From Vulcanimicrobiota bacterium (GTDB lineage: Bacteria > Vulcanimicrobiota > Xenobia > Xenobiales > JADMJV01): 64,000 nt of DNA. The DNA lies in contig JAEXNA010000219.1 in assembly GCA_023447635.1 (NCBI GenBank), positions 27,678-91,677 of the forward strand, in the 5' to 3' direction. The notes under the pieces are model-generated. The model ran no database searches, was not told where the DNA came from, and saw only the letters and a list, made by a program, of their open reading frames with translations. Of this stretch, positions 35,847 to 44,726 are shown piece after piece (the first letter of the stretch is position 1; each line of letters opens with the position of its first letter). The position numbers and the translations under genes were made by a program.

Positions 35847-37004
35847 GTGGCGAAAGAGAGAACTCGGCAGGAACGGTTTGCCCGGCGCGATGTGACTCTA
35901 TCCCCCGTCGATGAACTGAAGCTTCAGCTTCAAGCGTTCGTCGGCAAGGGCGAGCGGCGCTATAAGGTTTCCGGGGAAGAGCTAACGATCTTCACCCGCC
36001 AGTTGGCCACCATGCTCGGGTCCGGCATCGCCCTTCACCAGGCGCTGCTCTACTACGGAGAGACCAGCGAGGGCGACCTGCCGCTGATCATCCGCAAAGT
36101 CGCGCTCGATGTCGCCAGTGGACATACCTTCTCGAACGCCATGCGGGCGTTCCCCCTGGTCTTCTCGCCGATCTACATCGCCCTGGCCGAAATGGGCGAA
36201 CAGTCCGGCCAGATCGTTTCCGCCTATCGCCGTCTGGCCGATCTGATGGAGCGACAGACCAACATGCGCAAGAAGGTCGTTTCCGCCCTGACCTACCCTT
36301 GCGTGCTGATGGTCGTGTCGATGAGCGCCATTGTGGGGTTCGTCTACTTCGTGCTGCCGATGATGACACCGATGTTCGAAAACATGGGGGTCGAGTTACC
36401 GCTTCCTACCCGGATGTTACTCTCCACCCGGGTCGTCGTGCCGACCTTGAGCATCCTGGCCGTACTGGCCCTGTTCGGGATGTGGCTGGCCAAGCCGTGG
36501 ATCAAAATCTACTTGCACAGCCATCCCGACAAACTACGACAGGTGCACGCGCTGCCGTTCTATCTCCCGGTGATCAGCGGCATCTATTCCAAACTGGCCA
36601 CCGCCCGCATCCTGTACTCCATGGCCACTATGCTCGACGCCGGCCTGACCATGACGGCCACCATGAAACGAGCCGCCATGGCGTCCGGCAACCAGTTCAT
36701 CGCTTTTCGCCTGAACAAAGCCACCGAGAGCGTCATGGAAGGCGCCTCGCTGGCCGAAGCGCTCTCGATCTACGAGGTCTTTCCCAACACCGCCATCCAG
36801 ATGCTGGCCGTGGGCGAGGAGTCGGCCAACCTGTCGAACATGGTAACCCACATCGCCAATCTCTACGATTCGGAAGTCGAGGTCGCCCTCAACGATATCG
36901 CCTCGGTGATCGAGCCGATTATCATGATCGTCATGGGCGGCGTCGTCGGCTTCATCGTGCTGGCCGCCGTCTTGCCGACCGTCCAGCTGATCCAGAACCT
37001 GTAG
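35847..37004 (+). CDS. type II secretion / type IV pilus platform protein family (GspF/PilC-like, two T2SSF domains)
   Basis: ELTIFTRQLATMLGSGIALHQAL...PLVFSPIYIALAEMGEQSGQI and a second repeat TARILYSMATMLDAGLTMTATM...FPNTAIQMLAVGEESANLSNM, with 3 TM segments. The track ORF (35685) overlaps the divergent upstream gene. The in-frame GTG at ~35847 lies after a GGAGG, though spacing is long; the true start is uncertain. Confidence 0.75.
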   Translation: MAKERTRQERFARRDVTLSPVDELKLQLQAFVGKGERRYKVSGEELTIFTRQLATMLGSGIALHQALLYYGETSEGDLPLIIRKVALDVASGHTFSNAMRAFPLVFSPIYIALAEMGEQSGQIVSAYRRLADLMERQTNMRKKVVSALTYPCVLMVVSMSAIVGFVYFVLPMMTPMFENMGVELPLPTRMLLSTRVVVPTLSILAVLALFGMWLAKPWIKIYLHSHPDKLRQVHALPFYLPVISGIYSKLATARILYSMATMLDAGLTMTATMKRAAMASGNQFIAFRLNKATESVMEGASLAEALSIYEVFPNTAIQMLAVGEESANLSNMVTHIANLYDSEVEVALNDIASVIEPIIMIVMGGVVGFIVLAAVLPTVQLIQNL

Positions 37005-37010
37005 ACCAAC

Positions 37011-39173
37011 CTAGGGGGTGACGGTCAGCGTCCCGAAGTCGTCCCAGCCGTGCTCCGGCGACAGACGCGCCTTGACCCGGTATTCCCCCGTGACGTAAGG
37101 AGCGATGAAGACCATCTGGGCCCGTGCCGTAGCCTTCTGCTCGTTCTCGTCAGCTAGAAACTCTTGTTCCCCCAGCGGCTCGAAGCGAAGTTCGAAAAGG
37201 CATGGAGTCGGCCCGTTATAGAGCAGGGTCAGAGGGCGACCCGCCGCCGCAGCCCTTTCGAAACGGATCCCGAAAGGGCCGTCGCCCGGCGCCGGCAGAG
37301 GCGGCACATTGGCCACCCGGTAGACTCTGGCGCCGGCGGTCTGGTAGTCCGCCCGACCAAAGCTGGCTTCGCCTCGACTGACCAGCAGCCAATCCACCTT
37401 CGGGTCCAGCCGCTGGAGATCTCCCGTAGCCCAAAAACCGCGCTGCTGCAGGTTGGTCTGGTAGCTGTTGACACTGCGAGACCACCAGGGCGGGGTGGCT
37501 TCCATAGCCGGCAAAAGACCGGTGGCGCCGATCAAGGTCCCTCGAGCGTTAGCGGGCAGGTCCCAGCTGTCGCACAAGAAGTATTCGCCCCGTTTCGAGT
37601 GATCCCGGATCCAGTCGGCCGCTTCGAGGACCGCCGGAGAGATTCCGTAATGATAGCTCAGCGCCAATTGGGGGTTGGGAAGGATCCCCTGACCTGGAGG
37701 CAGCCCCGGGCGCCCGATAGGTAGAGGCGTTCCTGGATGACGATACGCCCCGAGCATGTCCCGCAGAGCGAGCTGAAGACCAACCGAATTCAGAGCCACC
37801 AGCAGCACCGTAACGACGACGGCCGGGCGACGCCAGAGCCGACAACAGGTGGCCAGGGTCAGCCCCAGGGCGACGGCCGACCCTAGCGCCGTGACCACCA
37901 GCCAGCGAGCCGACTCCGGTTCGAAAAAGCCAAAATCCGCCAGCGCCGGCGTCAGCAAACTGAACCAACCCAGCAAGCACCACCAGACGCCTACCGGAGA
38001 TCGGCTCCGCCGCCAGGCGGCCCAGGCCAGGAAGGCTGTCGAAAGAGGGAAGAGCCACAGCGGGTACCAGAAAGTGTCCAGAATGTCGCTGCTCCAGATC
38101 GGTCGATAGTCCGACGAGGGGGCAAAATCCGCTCTCCAGGGCCTCGCTCTGGTCTCGAAAGCGCGGCTGGGCCGCAGATTGTCAGAACGGATCTGAAACA
38201 GCTCCTTTTTGAACAGTCGAACCCGAATCGTCTGCTCCGCCCCGCTCTCCTTGGCTCCGCGCGCTGTCGAACGCATCACGCCGCTGAGCAGCGCCGCGCT
38301 GAGTAACGCCAGAAGACCGATCGTCAGCATCGCCCGGGGTCGACGCCAGAAGACCAGCAAGCTTAGCCCAAGCACCCCAAAATGGTTCTCATACAGCAGA
38401 GCGTCGAGCCCTAACAGCAGCCCCGCCGCCAGCCACACCCGAGGACCCAGACGGAACGCTCGAAACACCGCCCAACCCACCACGATCAGCAGAGAAAAGG
38501 CGGCCGGGTTGTTGTTGGCCAACAGTTCGGAAAGCCCACAGTAGGCCGAGAAGTTCATCCCGAAGAAAGCAAACCCGCCCCCCAGCACCCCCGCCAGGTC
38601 ATCTCCTAACTCTCTCCGCAGCCACAGCGTCAGGACCAGGAAAGAGAGAAGCTGCCAGACCGTGGTCAGGAGCCACTCGCTGGTCAGCGGGCTCAGGCCG
38701 GTGTCGCGGACGCAGATCGCTATCGCCAGATCCCGACCGTAGTGCCCGTTCATAGGGACTCCCAGGAATGGGTTGACGGGAGGCAGGTAGCCGCGGGAGA
38801 AAAGCCCGATGTTGGCTCCGTGAATAAAGAAGTCGCCGTCCACCACCATTCCGACCGACTGATGGAACCAGCAGAGCAGCAGAACCAGAGCCGACCCCAG
38901 GAGCAGATAAAGGCGCAGCCAGCGGCCGGGAGCAGGGTAGCTCACCGAGGGCGAAGGCTGTCGACGCAACCACACGCCCCCCCCAACGAAGCCAAGACCC
39001 GTCAGCACCATCCAGGGGATCCAGGGAACGGCCCTGAGCAGCAACCCGCCCGAGAGCAAAGCCGCGAACAGCCCCAGCAAAGGAGCCAGGGCCAGGCTTA
39101 GCCAGCGGCACGGTTCGGCAAAAAGGCGGCGAGCCGCCGCGTACCCGCACAGCGTGCCCAGCAGGGCGAGCAT
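37011..39173 (-). CDS. polytopic membrane protein, GT-C-like putative glycosyltransferase (paralog 3 of 4; shortest)
   Basis: DGDFFIHGANIGLFSRGYLPPVNPFLGVPMNGHYGRD, ELLANNNPAAFSLLIV, YENHFGVLGL. C-terminal soluble domain ~250 aa. Confidence 0.7.
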   Translation of the reverse strand: MLALLGTLCGYAAARRLFAEPCRWLSLALAPLLGLFAALLSGGLLLRAVPWIPWMVLTGLGFVGGGVWLRRQPSPSVSYPAPGRWLRLYLLLGSALVLLLCWFHQSVGMVVDGDFFIHGANIGLFSRGYLPPVNPFLGVPMNGHYGRDLAIAICVRDTGLSPLTSEWLLTTVWQLLSFLVLTLWLRRELGDDLAGVLGGGFAFFGMNFSAYCGLSELLANNNPAAFSLLIVVGWAVFRAFRLGPRVWLAAGLLLGLDALLYENHFGVLGLSLLVFWRRPRAMLTIGLLALLSAALLSGVMRSTARGAKESGAEQTIRVRLFKKELFQIRSDNLRPSRAFETRARPWRADFAPSSDYRPIWSSDILDTFWYPLWLFPLSTAFLAWAAWRRSRSPVGVWWCLLGWFSLLTPALADFGFFEPESARWLVVTALGSAVALGLTLATCCRLWRRPAVVVTVLLVALNSVGLQLALRDMLGAYRHPGTPLPIGRPGLPPGQGILPNPQLALSYHYGISPAVLEAADWIRDHSKRGEYFLCDSWDLPANARGTLIGATGLLPAMEATPPWWSRSVNSYQTNLQQRGFWATGDLQRLDPKVDWLLVSRGEASFGRADYQTAGARVYRVANVPPLPAPGDGPFGIRFERAAAAGRPLTLLYNGPTPCLFELRFEPLGEQEFLADENEQKATARAQMVFIAPYVTGEYRVKARLSPEHGWDDFGTLTVTP

Positions 39174-39442
39174 CTCTAGGCCTGACCGTTCCTGGCCGCC
39201 AGCGCCGCGATGGTCCGGAACGCGCCGAGCAACATCTCCATCGGCTCCAACCTCTCTCCCCCCGGTGAAGCCAGGAGAGTTGGGGAAAATTTCCGCAATT
39301 ATAGTCGCCGCCTTCCGCGAGCGTCAACCAAGGCAAGGCAGGCCCCGAGCGGCTTTGCCAGGCGGGAAGATCGCGTCCCCGTTCTGCGACGGGGCGATGA
39401 CCAGGCAGGAAAGACACCCTGCCGGAGGGAGAAAGGTCTCAT

Positions 39443-39850
39443 ATGAAGAGAAAATTCCAAACCCTGATCACCCTGACCCTGATGCTCTCCCTGTTTGGCG
39501 CCGCCCTTGCCGCCTTGCCGCCGCTGTCTCCCGAAGCGCAGGAGCAGATGGCCAGCGACATCGTCGTCGCCACCGTCGGCAAAGTGGAAAAGAGCACGAT
39601 CTCGGTCCCCGGTGGCACGGACACCCTTTTCACGATGCAACTCGAGGTGGGCCAGGTCGAAAAGGGCGCGCTGAAAGCCGGACAGTCCATCACCGCGACC
39701 TGTCAGAAAACCGCCCAGCGTCCTGAAGGGATGGTCGGCCCCCAGGGGCAGAACCAGATCCCGGCCGAAGGGGATAAAGCCACTTTCTATCTGACCCGTG
39801 ACGGCGAAGGGCCCTATAAGCTGCTGCAGCCGAACGGCTGGTCGAAATAG
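39443..39850 (+). CDS. small secreted hypothetical protein (signal peptide)
   Basis: GGAGGGAGAAAGG SD 6-8 nt before ATG. N-terminal MKRKFQTLITLTLMLSLFGAALAALPP is a Sec signal peptide. 135 aa. Confidence 0.6.
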   Translation: MKRKFQTLITLTLMLSLFGAALAALPPLSPEAQEQMASDIVVATVGKVEKSTISVPGGTDTLFTMQLEVGQVEKGALKAGQSITATCQKTAQRPEGMVGPQGQNQIPAEGDKATFYLTRDGEGPYKLLQPNGWSK

Positions 39851-39911
39851 CCGTAGACCTACATTTCGTCAATTCCCAGGAGACCTAAGCCCGGCATGGA
39901 AGGCGGCAGCG

Positions 39912-42707
39912 GTGCTACCGCTGCTAGCCATACCGCTCCTGCTGGGCTACCTGTGCGCTCGTCGAGGTTTAGGTCGAGCCATCTGGCCGGCGGTGGCGGG
40001 GGAAACCGCCGCCCTTGCCGGGGTGCTGACCCTGATCGGCGTGAACGGCGTCTATCGACTGCTGGGCTCGCGCAGCTTCGACGGCTGGACCGCCCTGGAG
40101 GTCTCCGTAGCCGTGACGCTGGGCGTCGAACTTCTCGTCGCGCTGCTGCTGCTGTGGAAGGCGCCTCGCGGCCCTAACTGGCGCCGCCTGCCGTCGGCCA
40201 CCACGGTCTGGATACTGGCCTTGAGCGCTCTGGTTCTGTTCTATACGAACGCCCAGCAGATCGCCAACCCCGACGACGACTACTGGATCCACGCCCCGTT
40301 GCAGGGGCTGATGCGCCACGGCAATTTTCCCCCCTTCAACCCGTTCTTTTCCGACATCGCCATGAACGGCCACTACGGTCGTAACCTGAGCATCGTCGTA
40401 TTCTCCCTTCTTTCGGGCACCGACGTCTTCATGAGCCAGCACCTGCTGACCAGTGTCGTCCAGGTGGTGACCCTCTGGCTCTTCTTCTCGGCTTTCTGGC
40501 GCTCGTCGGGAAGCTGGCAGGCCGGCCTGGTCGGAACCGTCTTCGTCTTCTTCGGAATCAACGCCGGGGGGCGAGGCGGGCTGATCGACACCATGCAGAA
40601 CAACAACGCCTTCGTGCACCTGTACCTGGCCTTGCTGCTCTCCCTGATGGTGGACGTCTGGAAATGGCAGGGGAAGAGCGCGGCCGTGCTGGCAGGCTTG
40701 ACCCTGGGCTCCTACGCCATCGTTTACGAAACCCACTTCGGCCTGGTCTTCTTGACCGTGCTTAGCCTGACCCCGATCTTCTGGCTGCGCAAGATGATTA
40801 CGGGGAAAGCCGCTCTGCTCTCTGCCCTGGCGCTAGCTCTCTCTCTGCCTCTGGCCTTCACTCAGGGCGGCCCCCTGACCGACTTACTTCATCGGAAGCA
40901 GCAAGGCATCGAACATACCCAGGCCGAGACTCTGTCCCGCGGGATGCAAAACCAGGCTCAGGTCGTCAAGGTCACCTTCCCCAAGAAGGAGCTGTTCCAG
41001 ATCCTTCTCGAGACCGGCGAGTACCAGAGAGTGGCTCAGATCTACACGCTGGACACGCCGCTCAAAGGGCTGCACACCCCGTCGGTCGAGCGTGGCTACG
41101 CCTATGTCTGGTCCTGGGACGTCCTGAAGATCCACTTCTTGCCCCTCTACCTGTTTCCACTCTCGCTCGGAATCCTGTGGCGACGAAAGAACCTGGCGGG
41201 CCATTTTATGGGCGCTTTTGGCGTCATAGCCTTTCTGACGCCCGCGCTGGTGCATTTCGGACCGATCTATGAATCGGAATACTACCGCTGGGAATTTGCG
41301 GCCTCCCTCGGCTTCGCCGGAGCGCTGGGGCTGACGGTCGCAGCTTTAGCCGAAAAGAAGCCTGGCCTCACCGCCCCCCCCTTCAGCTGGAGAGCCCCCT
41401 ACCTGCGCGTCGAGCGCCGAGGCGCTCGGCTCCTGCTGCTGGGCGCCCTGACCTTGCTCAACAGTTGGGCCTGCCTGACCTTTGTCAGTGGGCGCCTCTC
41501 CGCGGCCCTGAGCGGCTCGCCGATGAACTGGCTGCTTTTCCCCTCGACCGAGACCTGGCTGCAGAAACACCAGGTGCTCGACTTTGACGAACTGGACTAC
41601 CAGGCCGCCGAATGGTTAGCCGCCCAGGTCCGCCCTGGCGATCGCTTGCTGACCAACTTCGCCGAAGAGAACAACTTCTCTATTCTTTTCGAGTCGACCC
41701 TGACCGGCCTGACCGGCGCCCGCTGCGTGGGACACGCCCTTCCCCTCGAGGACGAAAAGATCGGGACGACGCCGTTCCGACGCTCTCCCGCCGCCGTCGC
41801 TTTCTGGGCAACCTACAAGGGCGACCCACTGAGTCAGCTCAAAGCCAACTGGGTTTACTACCGCAACGATCAGGGCGAGGAGCTTCCTCCCCTGCCCGGA
41901 GCGAAGCTGGCTCATCGCGTCCAGGATGGCCCCAGACTGCGCCTGGTCTACGCCATCGACCCCTCGGCCCTGCCCGATGTGAACCCTTCGGAAGAGCCAG
42001 CTACCGACGGGCTGCCCGGCGCAGAAGCCCGTCTGACTGGCCAGCCCGCCTCGCTGCGCGGGGGGCGTCCGGTCGATCTCACGCTGACGTCGGCCAGCCA
42101 GGCGTTCCGCGGGGTGCTCGAGTTCGCCACCGTCCGACGCTCGGACGGACTGGTATCTTCGCCGTCCGAGAACCTGCGCTGGAGGCTTGACGGTAGCCAG
42201 GGTCGACCGCTCGAAGTGCCGTTCGTGCCGCCCTACGACCCCGGCCTCTACCAGTTGACGGCTCGCTGGTATCCTGACCCGGACACCCCTCCCCTCGAAA
42301 TTGCGGCTCCCGACATCGACGTCGCCTTCGCCGAGTTGCTCGGCAAGGTGCGCATCGCCGATGTGAGCTACCCTCAGGGAAGCTGGGGTCGGCAAAAGAG
42401 CTGGCCGAGCCGCTCGCTGATCACACCCCAGGTCCGGCTCGACCTTCCTTCTGCCTGGCCTACCGAGGGCAACGACGTTCTGGCCTGCTGGGCTTTCTAT
42501 TCCGGCGAGCGCAAGGAGTTCGACCTTCTGCCCGCAGTGAACATGCGAAGGGTGACTCTGAACGAGAAGCCGCTCGAACTTCCTCTGGTGACCCCGCAAC
42601 GCCCGGGCCTCTACCGTTTGGCTCTTTACCTGTCCGCAGGCCAGGGCCAGTTGGTCCGAGTCCCGTTAGGCCAGGTCGAAGTCGTCTCTGACGGAGCAGC
42701 GCCGTGA
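39912..42707 (+). CDS. polytopic membrane protein, GT-C-like putative glycosyltransferase with periplasmic C-terminal domain (paralog 4 of 4)
   Basis: DDDYWIHAPLQGLMRHGNFPPFNPFFSDIAMNGHYGRN, DTMQNNNAFVHLYLALLL, YETHFGLVFL, ESEYYRWEFAASLGFAGAL. The track start 39798 overlaps the previous gene. In-frame GTG at 39912 has GGAAGG 8 nt upstream and begins a hydrophobic helix (VLPLLAIPLLLGYL). Confidence 0.7.
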   Translation: MLPLLAIPLLLGYLCARRGLGRAIWPAVAGETAALAGVLTLIGVNGVYRLLGSRSFDGWTALEVSVAVTLGVELLVALLLLWKAPRGPNWRRLPSATTVWILALSALVLFYTNAQQIANPDDDYWIHAPLQGLMRHGNFPPFNPFFSDIAMNGHYGRNLSIVVFSLLSGTDVFMSQHLLTSVVQVVTLWLFFSAFWRSSGSWQAGLVGTVFVFFGINAGGRGGLIDTMQNNNAFVHLYLALLLSLMVDVWKWQGKSAAVLAGLTLGSYAIVYETHFGLVFLTVLSLTPIFWLRKMITGKAALLSALALALSLPLAFTQGGPLTDLLHRKQQGIEHTQAETLSRGMQNQAQVVKVTFPKKELFQILLETGEYQRVAQIYTLDTPLKGLHTPSVERGYAYVWSWDVLKIHFLPLYLFPLSLGILWRRKNLAGHFMGAFGVIAFLTPALVHFGPIYESEYYRWEFAASLGFAGALGLTVAALAEKKPGLTAPPFSWRAPYLRVERRGARLLLLGALTLLNSWACLTFVSGRLSAALSGSPMNWLLFPSTETWLQKHQVLDFDELDYQAAEWLAAQVRPGDRLLTNFAEENNFSILFESTLTGLTGARCVGHALPLEDEKIGTTPFRRSPAAVAFWATYKGDPLSQLKANWVYYRNDQGEELPPLPGAKLAHRVQDGPRLRLVYAIDPSALPDVNPSEEPATDGLPGAEARLTGQPASLRGGRPVDLTLTSASQAFRGVLEFATVRRSDGLVSSPSENLRWRLDGSQGRPLEVPFVPPYDPGLYQLTARWYPDPDTPPLEIAAPDIDVAFAELLGKVRIADVSYPQGSWGRQKSWPSRSLITPQVRLDLPSAWPTEGNDVLACWAFYSGERKEFDLLPAVNMRRVTLNEKPLELPLVTPQRPGLYRLALYLSAGQGQLVRVPLGQVEVVSDGAAP

Positions 42708-44704
42708 TCGGGCGAATGGGCAAACTGTGGTGGGGCTTCCTGTTCGTTCTGCTGGTGGTGGCCGTCTGGCTGACCGGGACCGGGCACATCTTACTTCATG
42801 GCGTGCCGCTCGAGGTGCTCGAGGGGCTGGCGCGGGGTCAGGGACTGGTCCCCCCTCCCGAACGCCCCCCCACCTTCGACGGCCTGGCCCTGCTGGGCCG
42901 CCTGCCGGGAGACAGCGTGGCCTGGGCCAGCGGCTTGACTTCGACGCTGAACTGCCTGGCCGCCGTCCTTCTCTACCTGGCCTGTCGACGCTCCTGGCAA
43001 AATCCGATCAGTCCCGTGCTGGCGGTAGGAGCTGCCTTCTTTGGCGCCACGACCATGTGGGTCGAAAGCTTGACCCCCGCCGACTCGCTGCTGCACCTTT
43101 GGCTTTGCCTGGGCTTAGCCGCCCTGATGGCCGGAGCCGTCCCGCTGATGGCCTGTCTGGTGCTGGCCGTGGCGACCTTCGCGCCCGGTGAAGCGCTCTC
43201 GCTGTACCTGGCCCTGGCCTACCTTGGCTACCGCCGGCAAGCGGCCTACGGACTAACCATCCCCACCGTCGCTGTGTTTGGTGTAGGATGCCTGATGATC
43301 CCTATGGCGGGAGGGTATCGCATGGAGCCGGGCCTGGGAGGCTGGTACCTGTGGTCTCTGCTTCCTCTGGCGCTGGCCTTCATCCCTTCGCAACTTCGCG
43401 AGGCCCGACAGGGCATCTACCTCAGTCTCCTGCTGGGCTCGGCCCTGACGGGATGCGGAGAGCTAGCCTCGATTCTGGCCCTGGGCGATCTGGCGTTCGT
43501 AGCGCTGCAGGCTTGCCGCTCCACCACCGAGACGGAGCAAGGCGAGGCTCCGGTCGAACCTGCCGAACCTGTCGGGCCGGCCGAGCCCACCGGGGCGCTC
43601 CGGCTTTCGGCAGTGAGCCTCGGAGGGCTTTTTGCCACCCTGATTCTGGTCGCGGTGGTGCTGCCAGGCGAGCGCTACCTCAACAGCACGGTGCTGATCG
43701 CGGCTCACAAGAAAAAAGTGCCGGTGCCGCAGCTCTTCCGCGTTCTGTCCCTGGACCAGCACGCCCGTCGTTTTGCCCAGGACCCCTGGAGGGCGAGAGC
43801 CCCGGTCGCGGGCCTGAGCGCCGCCGACTGCGAGTTGGCCCTGCGTTTGGCGGATGAGGGGGCGCCGTCCGGAATCTGCCCCCTAACCCTGGACGGATGG
43901 GCGGAACGGCGAGATATCGCCCTGGTCTACAGCCTGCTGTCCCGCCAAAAGCTGGTGGGATGGGACAATCCTGGCTCCCTGGCCCCTCCGCTTCTGCTGA
44001 GCAAGCTGCAGGGGAAAAATCTTCTTAGCCGCGGTCCAGCGGTCATTCTGCGCCAGGGCGACAGCGCCCAGATCGCTCCCCCACCGACGGCTCCGCGCTC
44101 GCCGGCCCCCCTGGATTTCCGCCATCTGATGGCGGTGCCCTATCTGCCTCAGACGGTCAGCAAGACCCCCGGCGCCGGCTATTTTTGGGTCAGTGCGGGG
44201 CAGAGCTACGAGGTCTCCTTTCCCAACGACCGCGCCGTGGTGATGGTTTCCGATCACGAAGGTGAAGTGCGACTGGCTTCTTTGAAAGCGGGAGGCGCCC
44301 GCCGCCACCTGGAGGTGGCTCCCACCGAGTGGATTCTGGCCGGGCTGCCCAGCCAGACGTCCTTGCCCAGCCGGAGCCTGGTGCCGATCACCTTGACCTT
44401 GAGCAACCAGGGACAGGGGCCGTTGAGTTCTCGGATGATCGCCGGATGGCGGTTCGAGATCGTCGGTGGAGAGAGCTGGAACTCGTTCGGGCAAGAGAAC
44501 CCCAAAGAGTTCCTTCTCTTCCCCGGAGAGGCGACCGATCTCGAATTCCAGCTTTCGACCCCGGAGGGCGAGGGGGTGTTCCCCGTGCGAGCGGTGGCCT
44601 TGACGGTCGAGGGGAAAGAGCTAGAGGTTCCCCTGGCCGGCCCTTCCCGGATCCGCACCTGGAGACGAACCCCGCCCGTAGGCACCTGGGTGGAGGAACC
44701 TTAG
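42704..44704 (+). CDS. large integral membrane protein with C-terminal soluble domain (glycan-assembly locus member, family unassigned)
   Basis: GTGA overlap with the previous gene. ~8 TM helices in the first ~280 aa, then a P/E-rich linker and a ~350-aa soluble region. Confidence 0.6.
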   Translation: MIGRMGKLWWGFLFVLLVVAVWLTGTGHILLHGVPLEVLEGLARGQGLVPPPERPPTFDGLALLGRLPGDSVAWASGLTSTLNCLAAVLLYLACRRSWQNPISPVLAVGAAFFGATTMWVESLTPADSLLHLWLCLGLAALMAGAVPLMACLVLAVATFAPGEALSLYLALAYLGYRRQAAYGLTIPTVAVFGVGCLMIPMAGGYRMEPGLGGWYLWSLLPLALAFIPSQLREARQGIYLSLLLGSALTGCGELASILALGDLAFVALQACRSTTETEQGEAPVEPAEPVGPAEPTGALRLSAVSLGGLFATLILVAVVLPGERYLNSTVLIAAHKKKVPVPQLFRVLSLDQHARRFAQDPWRARAPVAGLSAADCELALRLADEGAPSGICPLTLDGWAERRDIALVYSLLSRQKLVGWDNPGSLAPPLLLSKLQGKNLLSRGPAVILRQGDSAQIAPPPTAPRSPAPLDFRHLMAVPYLPQTVSKTPGAGYFWVSAGQSYEVSFPNDRAVVMVSDHEGEVRLASLKAGGARRHLEVAPTEWILAGLPSQTSLPSRSLVPITLTLSNQGQGPLSSRMIAGWRFEIVGGESWNSFGQENPKEFLLFPGEATDLEFQLSTPEGEGVFPVRAVALTVEGKELEVPLAGPSRIRTWRRTPPVGTWVEEP

Positions 44705-44726
44705 AAGGCCAGAAGAACGGCCGCCC

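Noticed and set aside
39174-39442. Divergent intergenic region with GGAAAATTTCC-like near-palindrome and a CCCCGT-N6-ACGGGG hairpin
   Set aside because: Plausible promoter/operator elements between GT-C paralog 3 and the small secreted protein gene. The palindromes are imperfect, and no sigma-70-like -35/-10 pair with correct spacing could be defined by eye.
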